From Nageia nagi (Eukaryota; Plantae; Pinophyta), in contig JBITNC010000001.1 in the NCBI GenBank assembly GCA_050084985.1, forward strand, positions 100,688,001-100,752,000: a DNA stretch of 64,000 nucleotides. The letters run 5' to 3'. Each line of letters begins with the position of its first letter. Position 1 is the first letter of the stretch. Of this stretch, positions 25,201 through 34,346 are shown piece after piece. The notes below the pieces were generated by a model. The model did no database searches. It worked only from the letters and a program-made list of their open reading frames with translations, and was not told the origin of the DNA. Made by a program: the position numbers and the translations under genes.

Positions 25201-28200
25201 AATGATTGTTTTATGATAGCAGTGTACTACACTGGTTTGGTTGGGGCTTTCTAACCGAGGGTAATCAACTTCCTTTCTTATTTGATCATCTTTTTGTTGA
25301 AGTGAATTGACAATTTTATGCAGGAAATCAATTGAATAATAGTATTATCTCAAACTCTGTTCATTTGTTGACAGTAATCCTATAATATATATTTTTATGT
25401 TTTTGTAGCTTTTTAACTTCTGCATTTTGTTTTCAGTTTGAAGTTTTGCATCTATTTAATCTAAAATTAATGGCTTGAGCTAATGTTTAGTAACATGTTT
25501 GTCTTTATTGGTTGCAGCTTTTTGTGTGAATATAGATTCGATGTTTCCAAATTAGAACCTTTGGTTGCAAAGGTGGGCTGGTAGTGTTGCTAGCATTATA
25601 TATGTACATTATGTCATTCACTGTTGTGTAATTTTGACTGTAGAAGGCATAGTTCTATAGTCTGCAGATAATATACTTGTATTCAAATTCATACTGTAGT
25701 TATATCATAGACACTTTGTTCTTTATTGGATGTATGACAGGAAAATTGTCCTATTCATCTCTTTGATAGTTTATACCTTTCTATTCATGTTTGGCTTATC
25801 CTTTTCTTACTCTATTTTTTACAACCGACTGTACAGCCTCACTCGCCTGACAATCGTGCTTTAGCAAGGGAATGCAGGCATGTGAAGATCGACAGAGTGT
25901 ACATTGGCTCATGCACTGGTGGAAAGACAGAAGACTTTATGGCTGCTGCTAAACTCCTCTCTTCGTCGGTAGATTATAAATCCTTTAACAACCTTTTATT
26001 TTACAGCTAATATCTGAAACCATCGTTTTTTCGACCCATCTTTCAGAAGTAACAGAATATGCGAAATTTCAGGTGAATAGATTAAAAATTTAAATGGCAT
26101 CTTATTTTATATAGACATCTTGCTGGCAGATCTGTTTGTTTTGCAAATTCTGGAGATAATGTGTATAAGGCGAATGTTAGAAAAGTATATAAAAAATTAA
26201 GTCATGTTTTTGCAAACATTCTGAAATTTGTTTGAACTGAAGTTTGGCACATGTGATAGAATACCAAAGGAGAAAATCACATTTGTGGGTGCCTACTGTC
26301 AGTAATTTCCTATTTTGGCTATAATTTATTGAATTCATTTCCAAGATTATGCATTAAGAAAAATGAACATTCTGCTTAATTTGTTGAATGTTTATTTTGC
26401 ATCCACTTTAACATATAAAATCATATCAATTTTGACAATTTTAATTTTTTTCTATATTTGAAATGGAAATCTAATATTAAAATGATTTGCAAAGATTTCT
26501 AAACATCTGTAAATATAATGTTCTGTCTTTTGATAACAAAGATAAGTTGGCAATCAAATTAGAAAGTTCTACCATGATTGCTGTTAGTGTTTTTAGACTG
26601 CAAGAAACATATGTATTACATGTATTATCTTTCATCCCCAATAGCAAACTAATCAGGGTGCCTGAATTCTTGTTCTTGTTCCAAGAGAGCTACACACAGT
26701 CTCTGTGGTGTCCATTTGTGCATCAGATACTTGAAAAATTTCTTTCGGAAAGACTAAGAAACAATATGTTGCCTGTTTCTGATTCCTGTTTCTCATGTTT
26801 GGCATATAAATAGACACATTCACACTATCCCTCTCCTAAGGTTGTCTAGTTGTTTTTGAATTATAACAGACTGGATGTTCAACCTTGTTGTTTGTGTCAG
26901 AATCTTGGTTTGGAATTGTTTTAAAGAAGCGTCATCTTTTAATTTCATTGAAAGGCTTTGCTTTTGACAAAGACATGTGCCACTTTTATTCTTGGCTTAC
27001 TTTTGTCTATTTGTCTTACAATACGCTGCTGAACAACCAGTATTAGGCTTTAAGGTGGATATACCTTTGAGGAAAAATGCTTCTAGGTTTATTCCAAGAT
27101 TTAACACCCAAATATTTAATGCTTGATCATGTTTGTGTATTTGGACCATGTTTATGACTATGTGTGACATAAGTCAGTTCTAATACTTGTCACATCAAAA
27201 TTGAGATCTGTAATATTGGTCTTCTATAGATTCAGGTTACTATTTTGTGACCATTTGTATCGTCATTACACCAACATACTAATTTTTCCAACCTAATAAC
27301 AGGGACAAAAGGTTAAAGTTCCAACATTTTTAGTTCCTGCCACTCAAAAGGTTTGTAATATCTTCCATTACTGATTAAGTAGCATTCTCTTGAACAAAGA
27401 TGGTCTCTTGACACTATAGTGATAATATACCAAGTTTTTCCTTTACTTTTTATTTGTGCAGGTTTGGATAGATCTTTATACTCTTGCTGTGCCTGGTGCC
27501 AACGGCAAGACCTGTGCTCAGATTTTTGAAGAAGCAGGCTGTGATACTCCTGCAAGTCCCAACTGTGGAGCTTGTCTAGGGGGCCCTCGAGATACATATG
27601 CCCGCATGAATGAACCTCAGGTCTGTTATCAACTCTTTCATGGGCATTTTTGATTAAACCCTCTGAATGGTGTACAACTTAGGTTTTCGGTTAAGAAAAG
27701 AGGCATTTCTCTAGCTCCTGTCAAGAATTTCTATGTGTTGTCATTAAAGAAGAACACTAGGTTCCCTGTTTGTATGGAGCTGAAATACAGCTAATGAGAA
27801 ATTTTAGGCCATAATTTATTAAAACTATGAGGAATAATCATATGATTGTACTGATTTCCCTCCTTTATTCAGTCTTGTGTCTAACGGCATATCACTCATT
27901 TCTGTTTTACTTTGTTATGCACAGTTTCAGGGGTAGGATGAGAGTAACCACAACTAAGTTGATCCCTGTATTTGCATCTCAGTTCAACATTTATTTTATA
28001 TAATAGAAGTCTGATGTAGTACCTATTATCTTATCTTTTAGTGTCCAGAAGCAGATGCCTCTCTCTACTTTATTATAATCATAACCACACATACTAACAA
28101 ATGAACATGTACAAAAAGTAAAGAAGCTCTTTCTATAGCAGATAACATTGCTTATAGATTTGAAAAACAAGAGTTCTTCTCTATCTGTCATATACAATGT

Positions 28201-31133
28201 AAATGATTTCCACATGATTTGCCATTCTCATGGATGGTGAAATTTACTCATGCCATACAAAGAAGTATAAAATATTAAAATATGAAAAATGAAGAGTATG
28301 TATCTATTGTTAACAGATATAACCTCATCACTTTGTTTTTTCAGTTATGCATAATTTTGTTTTATGCTCATCTATTATGGGTATATATTCTTGAGAGAGA
28401 TAATTCATCTTTGTTTTTAAAGTTCTGCATAATTTTGTTTTATGCTCATCTTTCTTCAATATGATAGATTCTAGTTTTAATGATTTGATTAATGGTTTTA
28501 AAATTCACAATTATTTTCAATTAATTGTCGATTAATCTCCGAGTCACTTCAAACAATAAATCGCCCAAGAATGGAAGAAAATCAAATCTGTTCAAATATT
28601 CGGTTTTTTGCCAATTTTTGTATGATTGTCGATTAATTTACCACTTTGTAATAAACTATTTGTTTTATGTATTTTGATGATGCAAAGTTTATGTATTTGT
28701 CATTTTAAAGGCAAAAAACATGCAAAACTTTATTGAAAATCCTTTTTTTCTGTGCTGCATCGCTGATTGATTAATGGCCGATTCCGCATTTTAAAACACT
28801 GATTTGATTTTTCTCCATACTTCTTTTTCATACTGCAGTGTCCTAAATTCCTAATTTTTATGAAGCAGCAGTTGAGTTCAAGTGTTTAAAGAGAGAACAT
28901 AAATTTCCTTTGGATCATCCTCACAGAACATGCATTTGACCTATGGTGAATTGTGTTGTTAAGCAGATTCACCACAGCTCTGTAGCTTTGGAATCTTCTG
29001 TGATAGTCATCTGCTGGTGTCTGCTTTATGGTCATAGACTGATTTCATATGATCTTTGATTACACATATAGGCATTGTTTTAGAAGTATTACACATATTG
29101 TCATCACCTTTCTTCCACTTGTCTTGAATTACACATATATGCATTGTTTTAGAAGTATGCCTTAAATTGGTATAATTCTGGGACATTTGCCAAATTTGTG
29201 GCATACCATGAAAACGGTGGTGACTATGCAAAGCATCCATGGGCAGCTTACTGAGTTACCATCAATGAAAGTGACACCCATATGGTCAGGATTCAGTGAA
29301 CATTGCCAAAATACACTATTAGCTATTATGATTTAGGGGTATACATACCTGACTCCTGGGGAGCCATTTCAATGTAGGTAAAATTGGGAATGTGGTGACA
29401 AAATATGTCATTACCACCCCCTCATTTCTGAACTTTAACAGCTGCCCTAGAAATGTGCTGGAACTTCCTGAGATTTCCTTGAAATCTCCCCAGTTATGAC
29501 ACAAAATTTAGGGATGTTGAGGTGTCCCTAGTATGTCAGGGGTATGGCGAAACACTATCCGTTGTATACAAGGATACCTGTAAGGCTGGATGTATCAGGA
29601 AAATTTAGACATCCAAGGGCAATCAAGGATATGCCTAGGTGTTCCTTGACCATTTCAGGAATGGCTAGGCAGCCCTCACGGATGAGACAACATTGATTCT
29701 CATTGATTTTTTTTGTTTTAAATGGAAAAAAAAAGAAAGATAAAATTTAGAAGTAAGGGGTGAAAGAACTCACAGCTCACTCTTTAACCCAAAATCTACA
29801 TGAATTCCCTAAATCTATTTAACATAGATTAGCGAGGAGGATGAGGAAATGGGATTGGTTGAGTCCCATTACTTCTGCATAATTCAACAAGCGGCAAGGG
29901 TGCTGACCATGATGAGGATATTGGGTGTCCTGATTCTATTACTGACCCAACAAATGAGGTGGGTGATATCAAAGGTGATTGCAAAATCACCTATTGATTC
30001 ATTTTGATTATGATCTTTTGTCATAGACTGATTTGATATGATCTTTGACTTATTCTGGTATTATCATTTTAATATCATGTTTATGTATTCACATGGATGT
30101 TTACATTATCATTTAAGTGGTTATTTAAGTATTGTGTAAGATGTTTTCATTTCTGATTTAGTGTTTTTTTACTTGGGATGCATTTTTATGCCTAAAACAA
30201 CTGGAATTTTCAATTTTGCATGTCTTGAAGTTTCTTGAATATTTTAACAGTGTGCCCAAGCCATCCCGAAAATTTTCCCAAATCCCACCCATCCTGGAAA
30301 TGCATTTGCCCCCCTCTGAAACTTCACGTAACCCTGACAACTGTTGTAGGACTGACATGACCTAGAGTCAAATTCCTAGGGTGCATTCTTTGTTCGATTT
30401 TTGCATTGAAAACCCGAGGATCCAAAGGCTAGCTCTATTCATTGACCACCAACTTCACGCTAACCTTATTAGGTCTATGACGAGGCACCTGGCACTTTGG
30501 CTACATATGCATATCTGAAGGCCTATGAGGTCCTATCAACACCTATAGGAGTGTTGGCTCAAAGGTAGTAAGGCATGAAGTTTCTCCCCTGCTAGGCAGA
30601 GGCAAATTATGGAAACCGCCTTCCTATACAGCTTTGCTCACTCCTCATCTATCATCAGAACGTAGTGTAACATTAGAAATTATGAGAGTGTGTATGGCGT
30701 TGAAGACACAAGTTTGGGCTTGCATCAGAACGTAGTGTAACATCAGAAATTTTTAAAAGCAACTAGAATACATCTCCCTTATCTGTTTGTTATGATGCTG
30801 TTAGTATAGAATTAACAATTGCGGCTAGCAAGTCCTCATTGTAGTTACAGGAATAAGTTTTTGCTTGTTTAAATAATTAGCATTGGACATGGAGGTTTAT
30901 TTTACATTTACAGTAATTCATTGTGCTGATACGTTCTCAGGTTCTTATTTCTGGACATGTTAAGATGACAACTTGTGAACTATGCTTTTCTGCAGGTTTG
31001 TGTTTCCACTACAAACCGAAACTTTCATGGGAGAATGGGTCATAAGGAAGGTCAAATTTATTTGGCTTCTCCTTACACAGCAGCAGCATCAGCTCTCACT
31101 GGATATGTTACTGATCCAAGAGATTTCTTATAA
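1057..31133 (+). CDS. IIL1: 3-isopropylmalate dehydratase (isopropylmalate isomerase) large subunit, plastidial; 5'-partial, 12 exons in window
   Basis: Spliced exons (all GT-AG, 1170 nt, in frame) give [16 protein letters not shown]...GTDSHTC...YIGSCTGGK...CGACLGG...[13 protein letters not shown]...DPRDFL*. This is colinear with Arabidopsis IIL1/LeuC, and the three [4Fe-4S] Cys ligands are intact. Confidence 0.97.
1451..1519 (+). CDS. IIL1: IPMI large subunit exon ([10 protein letters not shown]...RPGE)
   Basis: ctgcag|GCA ... GAG|gtaata; 69 nt. Confidence 0.95.
1613..1729 (+). CDS. IIL1: IPMI large subunit exon ([10 protein letters not shown]...KLLVK)
   Basis: tttag|GTT ... AAG|gtagct; 117 nt; contains the DSHT aconitase-family motif. 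Confidence 0.95.
2400..7993 (-). pseudogene. Gypsy gag-pol, frameshifted and stop-interrupted
   Basis: ORF fragments 3347..3538, 3484..3837, 4021..4224, 4247..4432, 4557..4856 and 7544..7753 carry INT/RNaseH/RT/gag motifs. Confidence 0.9.
6027..7410 (+). mobile_element. 5'-truncated non-LTR retrotransposon (RTE-X/L2-like C-terminus) inserted in Gypsy gag
   Basis: TSD TGAGTG at 6021-6026 and 7411-7416; A-rich tail AAAAGACAAAAAA; decayed C-terminal motif [39 protein letters not shown]. Confidence 0.72.
8087..9566 (+). mobile_element. Probable solo LTR nested in the Athila 5' LTR
   Basis: Starts TGTAGTGTCCC (like the LTR at 12056); probable end GGTATTACA; no clean TSD, so the right boundary is uncertain. 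Confidence 0.5.
10008..10552 (-). mobile_element. Solo LTR nested in the Athila 5' LTR
   Basis: TG...CA termini; flanks TTGCT/TTGCC (the other LTR copy reads TTGCT at this site); TATA-like TATATATAT near 10175. Confidence 0.6.
11495..13501 (+). mobile_element. Heavily deleted Ty1/Copia remnant
   Basis: 5' LTR end 11495-11555 matches 3' LTR end 13442-13501 (..TTTGTGTTGACTACAACA). RT C-terminal fragment 11662..11946 ([24 protein letters not shown]). PPT AAGTGGGAGAA precedes TG at 12027. Confidence 0.75.
12056..13182 (+). mobile_element. Solo LTR nested in the Copia 3' LTR
   Basis: TGTAATGTCCC...GGTATCTTACA with a perfect 5-bp TSD AGATC (12051-12055 / 13183-13187); TATAAATA near 12249. Confidence 0.88.
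15581..17140 (-). mobile_element. Internally deleted L1-like LINE nested in the hAT
   Basis: GC-richer 5' part with ORF1/DUF4283-like remnants ([18 protein letters not shown]). The 3' end reads TGTAAAAGGTTTTGGGGGCCTTTCAAAACC followed by a TA-rich tail. Shared flank ATGATAGAT at 15572-15580 and 17149-17157. Confidence 0.5.
17400..19150 (-). pseudogene. hAT transposase (DUF659 + dimerisation domain), with two 109-bp introns at 17925-18033 and 18204-18312
   Basis: ORF fragments 18797..18979, 17660..17914 and 17426..17644. GT-AG introns rejoin DENWWAQAK|YIV and IIQKR|WDK. Confidence 0.85.
20513..21156. mobile_element. Non-autonomous hAT (Pack-hAT) carrying a captured gene fragment
   Basis: Imperfect TIR CAGTGTTAGTAGAATCG / CGATTCTGATATCTTTG; 8-bp flanks TTTCTGAG / GTTCTGAA (6/8); subterminal CGATTAAT/CCGATT motifs. 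Confidence 0.72.
20750..20992 (+). pseudogene. Captured fragment of an AVT3-type (Aa_trans) vacuolar amino acid transporter
   Basis: LIWVCFPF/(frameshift)[22 protein letters not shown]...[14 protein letters not shown] matches plant AVT3 ([37 protein letters not shown]); no start or end of the gene is present. Confidence 0.88.
21596..21670 (+). CDS. IIL1: IPMI large subunit exon (VPPTLRF...DLILQ)
   Basis: tttag|GTT ... CAG|gtaagt; 75 nt. Confidence 0.95.
21884..21961 (+). CDS. IIL1: IPMI large subunit exon (IIGEITV...ERLT)
   Basis: tttcag|ATT ... ACG|gttagt; 78 nt. Confidence 0.93.
22162..22257 (+). CDS. IIL1: IPMI large subunit exon ([10 protein letters not shown]...DYLK)
   Basis: aatcag|ATG ... 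AAG|gtattg; 96 nt. Confidence 0.95.
22414..22463 (+). CDS. IIL1: IPMI large subunit exon ([16 protein letters not shown])
   Basis: gggcag|GGT ... AG|gtatgg; 50 nt; phase restored by the next 55-nt exon. Confidence 0.9.
24795..24880 (+). mobile_element. Possible tRNA-derived SINE head
   Basis: A-box-like TAGCAGGTTAGTGGTAG at 24801 and B-box-like GGCTCAAATCC at 24848 with Pol III spacing; no cloverleaf. Confidence 0.35.
25518..25572 (+). CDS. IIL1: IPMI large subunit exon ([18 protein letters not shown])
   Basis: ttgcag|C ... AAG|gtgggc; 55 nt. Confidence 0.93.
25837..25968 (+). CDS. IIL1: IPMI large subunit exon (PHSPDN...YIGSCTGGK...LSSS)
   Basis: gtacag|CCT ... TCG|gtagat; 132 nt; first Fe-S Cys. 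Confidence 0.95.
27303..27350 (+). CDS. IIL1: IPMI large subunit exon ([16 protein letters not shown])
   Basis: taacag|GGA ... AAG|gtttgt; 48 nt. Confidence 0.95.
27462..27620 (+). CDS. IIL1: IPMI large subunit exon (VWIDLY...CGACLGG...NEPQ)
   Basis: gtgcag|GTT ... CAG|gtctgt; 159 nt; CxxC Fe-S ligands. Confidence 0.95.
28491..28801. mobile_element. hAT-type MITE (311 bp)
   Basis: Perfect 8-bp TSD ATTTGATT (28483-28490 / 28802-28809); TIR AATGGTTTTAAAA / TTTTAAAACACTG; internal GTCGATTAAT motifs like those of the Pack-hAT. Confidence 0.85.
29287..30336. mobile_element. Non-autonomous hAT derivative
   Basis: Termini CAGGATTCAGTGAA / TTCACGTAACCCTG, similar to the ends at 357 and 20115; TSD not conserved. 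Confidence 0.5.
30653..30751. repeat. 29-bp direct repeat (2 copies)
   Basis: CATCAGAACGTAGTGTAACAT(T/C)AGAAATT at 30653 and 30723. Confidence 0.85.
30996..31133 (+). CDS. IIL1: IPMI large subunit last coding exon ([10 protein letters not shown]...DPRDFL*)
   Basis: ctgcag|GTT ... TTA TAA; 138 nt. Confidence 0.95.
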   Translation, partial: VCVSTTNRNFHGRMGHKEGQIYLASPYTAAASALTGYVTDPRDFL

Positions 31134-33423
31134 TTAAATATCTATCTATCTATCTCTGAAATGACAGTTTCTAGATCTATTCACGACAGTTTGCCTTGTA
31201 AGATGAAGGTAATTACTAATGTCATTTCAAAACTAAAACTACGTTTTGTATTTTGCAAGTAATACACCAGTACTACGAAGTCATTTTTGAGATGGAAGAT
31301 GAGAACTTGTAATCTGAGAGTTTTAAGTTTCTATTTCGCAAATCAGACTACTAAGTATATTCTCTTTTTTATTCATCAATCAATTTTTGCTAATGGATGA
31401 TTATTAAAATGCATATTTGCTTTTGATCCCTGTATATTGTGTTTGCAAGGTCTTTGACTGCAGACCTGTGTATACTAATTTAAAAATTATTCAATCAGAA
31501 ACACACCAAATACAAGATAGTATTTGGTCTTTCCTTATCTCTGGGTTTATATATTGTAAGATAATTATGCGTTTGATACTGAACTTGCTTTTTAAATTGT
31601 TTTTTGTGAAGCTAGTGGCTTCATTGCCATGCTTTTTTCATACTTGGTTTATATCTATTATTTAGTAAGACTGATTGACCCAGATTGATTGAACAACCTA
31701 GAAGACACCATGCTAATTTGCAGGATTAGATGTGTTTTGAAAAGAAGTATAATTATGGAATAAGAAGTGGAGTGCAAAGAAGACATAAGAAAATCTACGA
31801 AGAAAAGAACTGTGGTCCTTGTTTCTGATATGTATACATACACACAATGTAGGAAATTCTAAAACCGAAGTATATTCAATATATAGTACTTATTCTAACC
31901 ATTACAAGTTGCACCAAGCGCTGGCATAGAGTGGGCACGATATTGAATTGTAGCTGAAGTTCTCAATGAAGGTTACGGCAGAAAGATGCTGATATATCAC
32001 ATGATGCATCTGGATCTCTCATTTTCAACTGTCAGCTGAATCTTTAACACAACAAAATATCTGACTTAAGTCAAATGACCCTAATTACTGCATAGAATGA
32101 CTTAAATTAGTTACTGGATTGGTGCAATAGCATAGTCTTCTACAACTCTAAATTCTGCATTGTTCGACTCTGGTAGGTTTGATTAATTTATTGCTTTTAC
32201 CAAGTTCATACATTAATACTCTTTAATTTTGAATGGACATTATCATATTAATTTAGAGGAAGACGGTTGTTCTTTTCTGTTATTTAATATTTTTTTGCAT
32301 ATCAAGCAAAATTCATCAATATGACCCTATTTATGTTTTGTCGTCTTTTTTGATTGATATATTGTGTTCGAAGTGTTATGATGATACTTTTTATTTTTAT
32401 TATTTTTGTTAAGTATGTTTTATAATAAAATTGATACTAAGTGTCCAACACCAATATTATATTCATGCTCAAATTTCAAACATTTATGCAAGAAAATATA
32501 TTTATTATTATAAATTGATAAGTTTATGATAAAACTACTTCAATAAAAATAAAGTTAAATTACAAAAATAACTTTCACAAATTATGAAATTATAAAAATG
32601 ATTTAAAAATTTAATTTACAAAAATGGTTTTGCATTTCATAGCATGTTAAATTTGTAATTCTATGAGACCATATTTATGTGCTGCATTTTTCTAAAAAGA
32701 TTGTCAACTTCTTTAAGATTGTCAATTTGAGTGTAATAATGGTCTTCATCATTGAAATTGGAGCCACCTAGAATTGCGGTATAAGGTAAATGCATCAATA
32801 AGAAATAAAAATACTTTTAATGAAATTTTAATTAATTAAAATATCATTAACATTTAATATATGGAAGCATACGAGGTAGATTATGCTAGTGTCATTGGAG
32901 TAACAAATTTTGTTGAATTTGAAATTGCGTAAGATGATAACACAAGGTACATATTTGTGAGCATGATCTTGCAGCTTGATTGAAAGCTTAATACATGTTA
33001 TATATTTACATACTAAAATTGTATATCCATCTTTTGTAACATGTTTGAATGCAATGGCTATTGGTAATGCTACTATTTATTGCATGTTCATTATTTGCTT
33101 CTGCAATAGATAAATATAGCTAAATAATAAAATTGGTACTTAATTTTAGACCATATAGTTTACTTAAATCAATTTGTCTTTATTTAAATAATTTCATATC
33201 ACATGTCTATTTAGATATTTCAGTGGGAGGTTTGAATTTGTTGGAGGTTTCAAATAACAAATTTGATATTGCTATCGTTTCGTGAGGTTTCAAAGATACT
33301 ATAATATCTCATATCATTTTTTCATATCATGTGTTGTATTTAGATAATTTCATATCATATGGTATAATTGAATCATTTCAAAACATATGGTATAGTTACA
33401 TCATTTCATAATATATTATACTG

Positions 33424-33574
33424 TACAATTTTAATTATGCTCAAATGATTCAACTATAGTTACAGTTTCAACATAAAAACTTGTGAATCAAATATTTTTT
33501 TATATTTGATTCGCAAGTCTTTATGTTGAAATTGTAGACTATATTTGAATCATTTGAGCATAATTAAAATTGTA
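33424..33574. repeat. Long inverted repeat / hairpin (~72-bp arms, 6-nt loop)
   Basis: Arm 33424-33495 is the reverse complement of 33502-33574 with ~5 differences; the arm matches part of the 240-bp satellite unit. Confidence 0.92.
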
Positions 33575-33596
33575 TTTGATTAAGTATTACAAACAT

Positions 33597-34345
33597 TCTC
33601 TTTAGTGATTTGAGGTTGATTTACATATGGATTTGAATTATTGAGGTTTTGAGTCCAATATGTGGGACCCATCTTCAAAATTACTGAATAAAGAAAATAA
33701 AGTGAAACCTTCTTTTTTAAGTAGACATTAGTAATACCCAATTTTATAAGATTAATATCATCCCTATATCATTATAAAATACCAAAATATTAATATAATT
33801 AAATTTTACATAAAAATATCTTTCCAACGATGTAAATAACATGAAAAACCGTATTCAAATACAAAAGTTATGGCTATTTTAGTATCATATTAATTTTCTT
33901 TCGATGTTCATGAATTAGATCAATAATAGGTTACCATACCCTAATAATCTCAAAACCTTGGTCTCTATTACTATTATTAGGGTTAAGTTTAATTTCAATA
34001 GCTTCTCTAATTCTTTGTTCTTGGAATTTATCACATCTAGCTAAAACTTCAACCTTATCCATGTGTATATAATGTTTAGTCCACATGTTCAGTAACGGCA
34101 GATTTGATTATTGTATTATATTGTGAATTTGCACAATATTCTTTAACTCTTTCAAGTATTGACCTACCTATTTCATCAATGTAACAAGTTCCACACTCAC
34201 ATATTACCTTATATACATCTTTATGTCGTAAGGGTTCTATGTTGTCCTTCACAAATATAAACATGTTCTCTAATTTATTGAGAGGAAGAAAAATTATCTT
34301 AATATGTGCTTTCAGTAATATTTTAGCTAAATTATCACTTAAACA
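33597..34345 (-). mobile_element. Penelope-like element (Dryad-type) 3' fragment: GIY-YIG endonuclease + 3' pseudo-LTR
   Basis: LSDNLAKILLK..DVYKVICECGTCYIDEIGRSILERVKEY..KSAVTEH continues past a stop/frameshift as KVEVLARCDKFQEQRIREAIEIKLNPNNSNRDQG, the Penelope/Poseidon GIY-YIG C-terminus. Confidence 0.88.
33636..33684 (-). ncRNA. Decayed minimal type I hammerhead ribozyme in the PLE pseudo-LTR
   Basis: Minus strand: TTGAAGA-T-GGGTCC-cacatatt-GGACTC-AAAAC-CTC-AA versus the PLE consensus CTGAAGATGG..CGAAACGTCGG. Stem II still pairs; core changes are mostly C>T/G>A. Confidence 0.65.
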
Positions 34346-34346
34346 T

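Noticed and set aside
28325-29160. Short direct repeats (28327/28407 and 29059/29128)
   Set aside because: Ordinary two-copy local duplications with no further structure.
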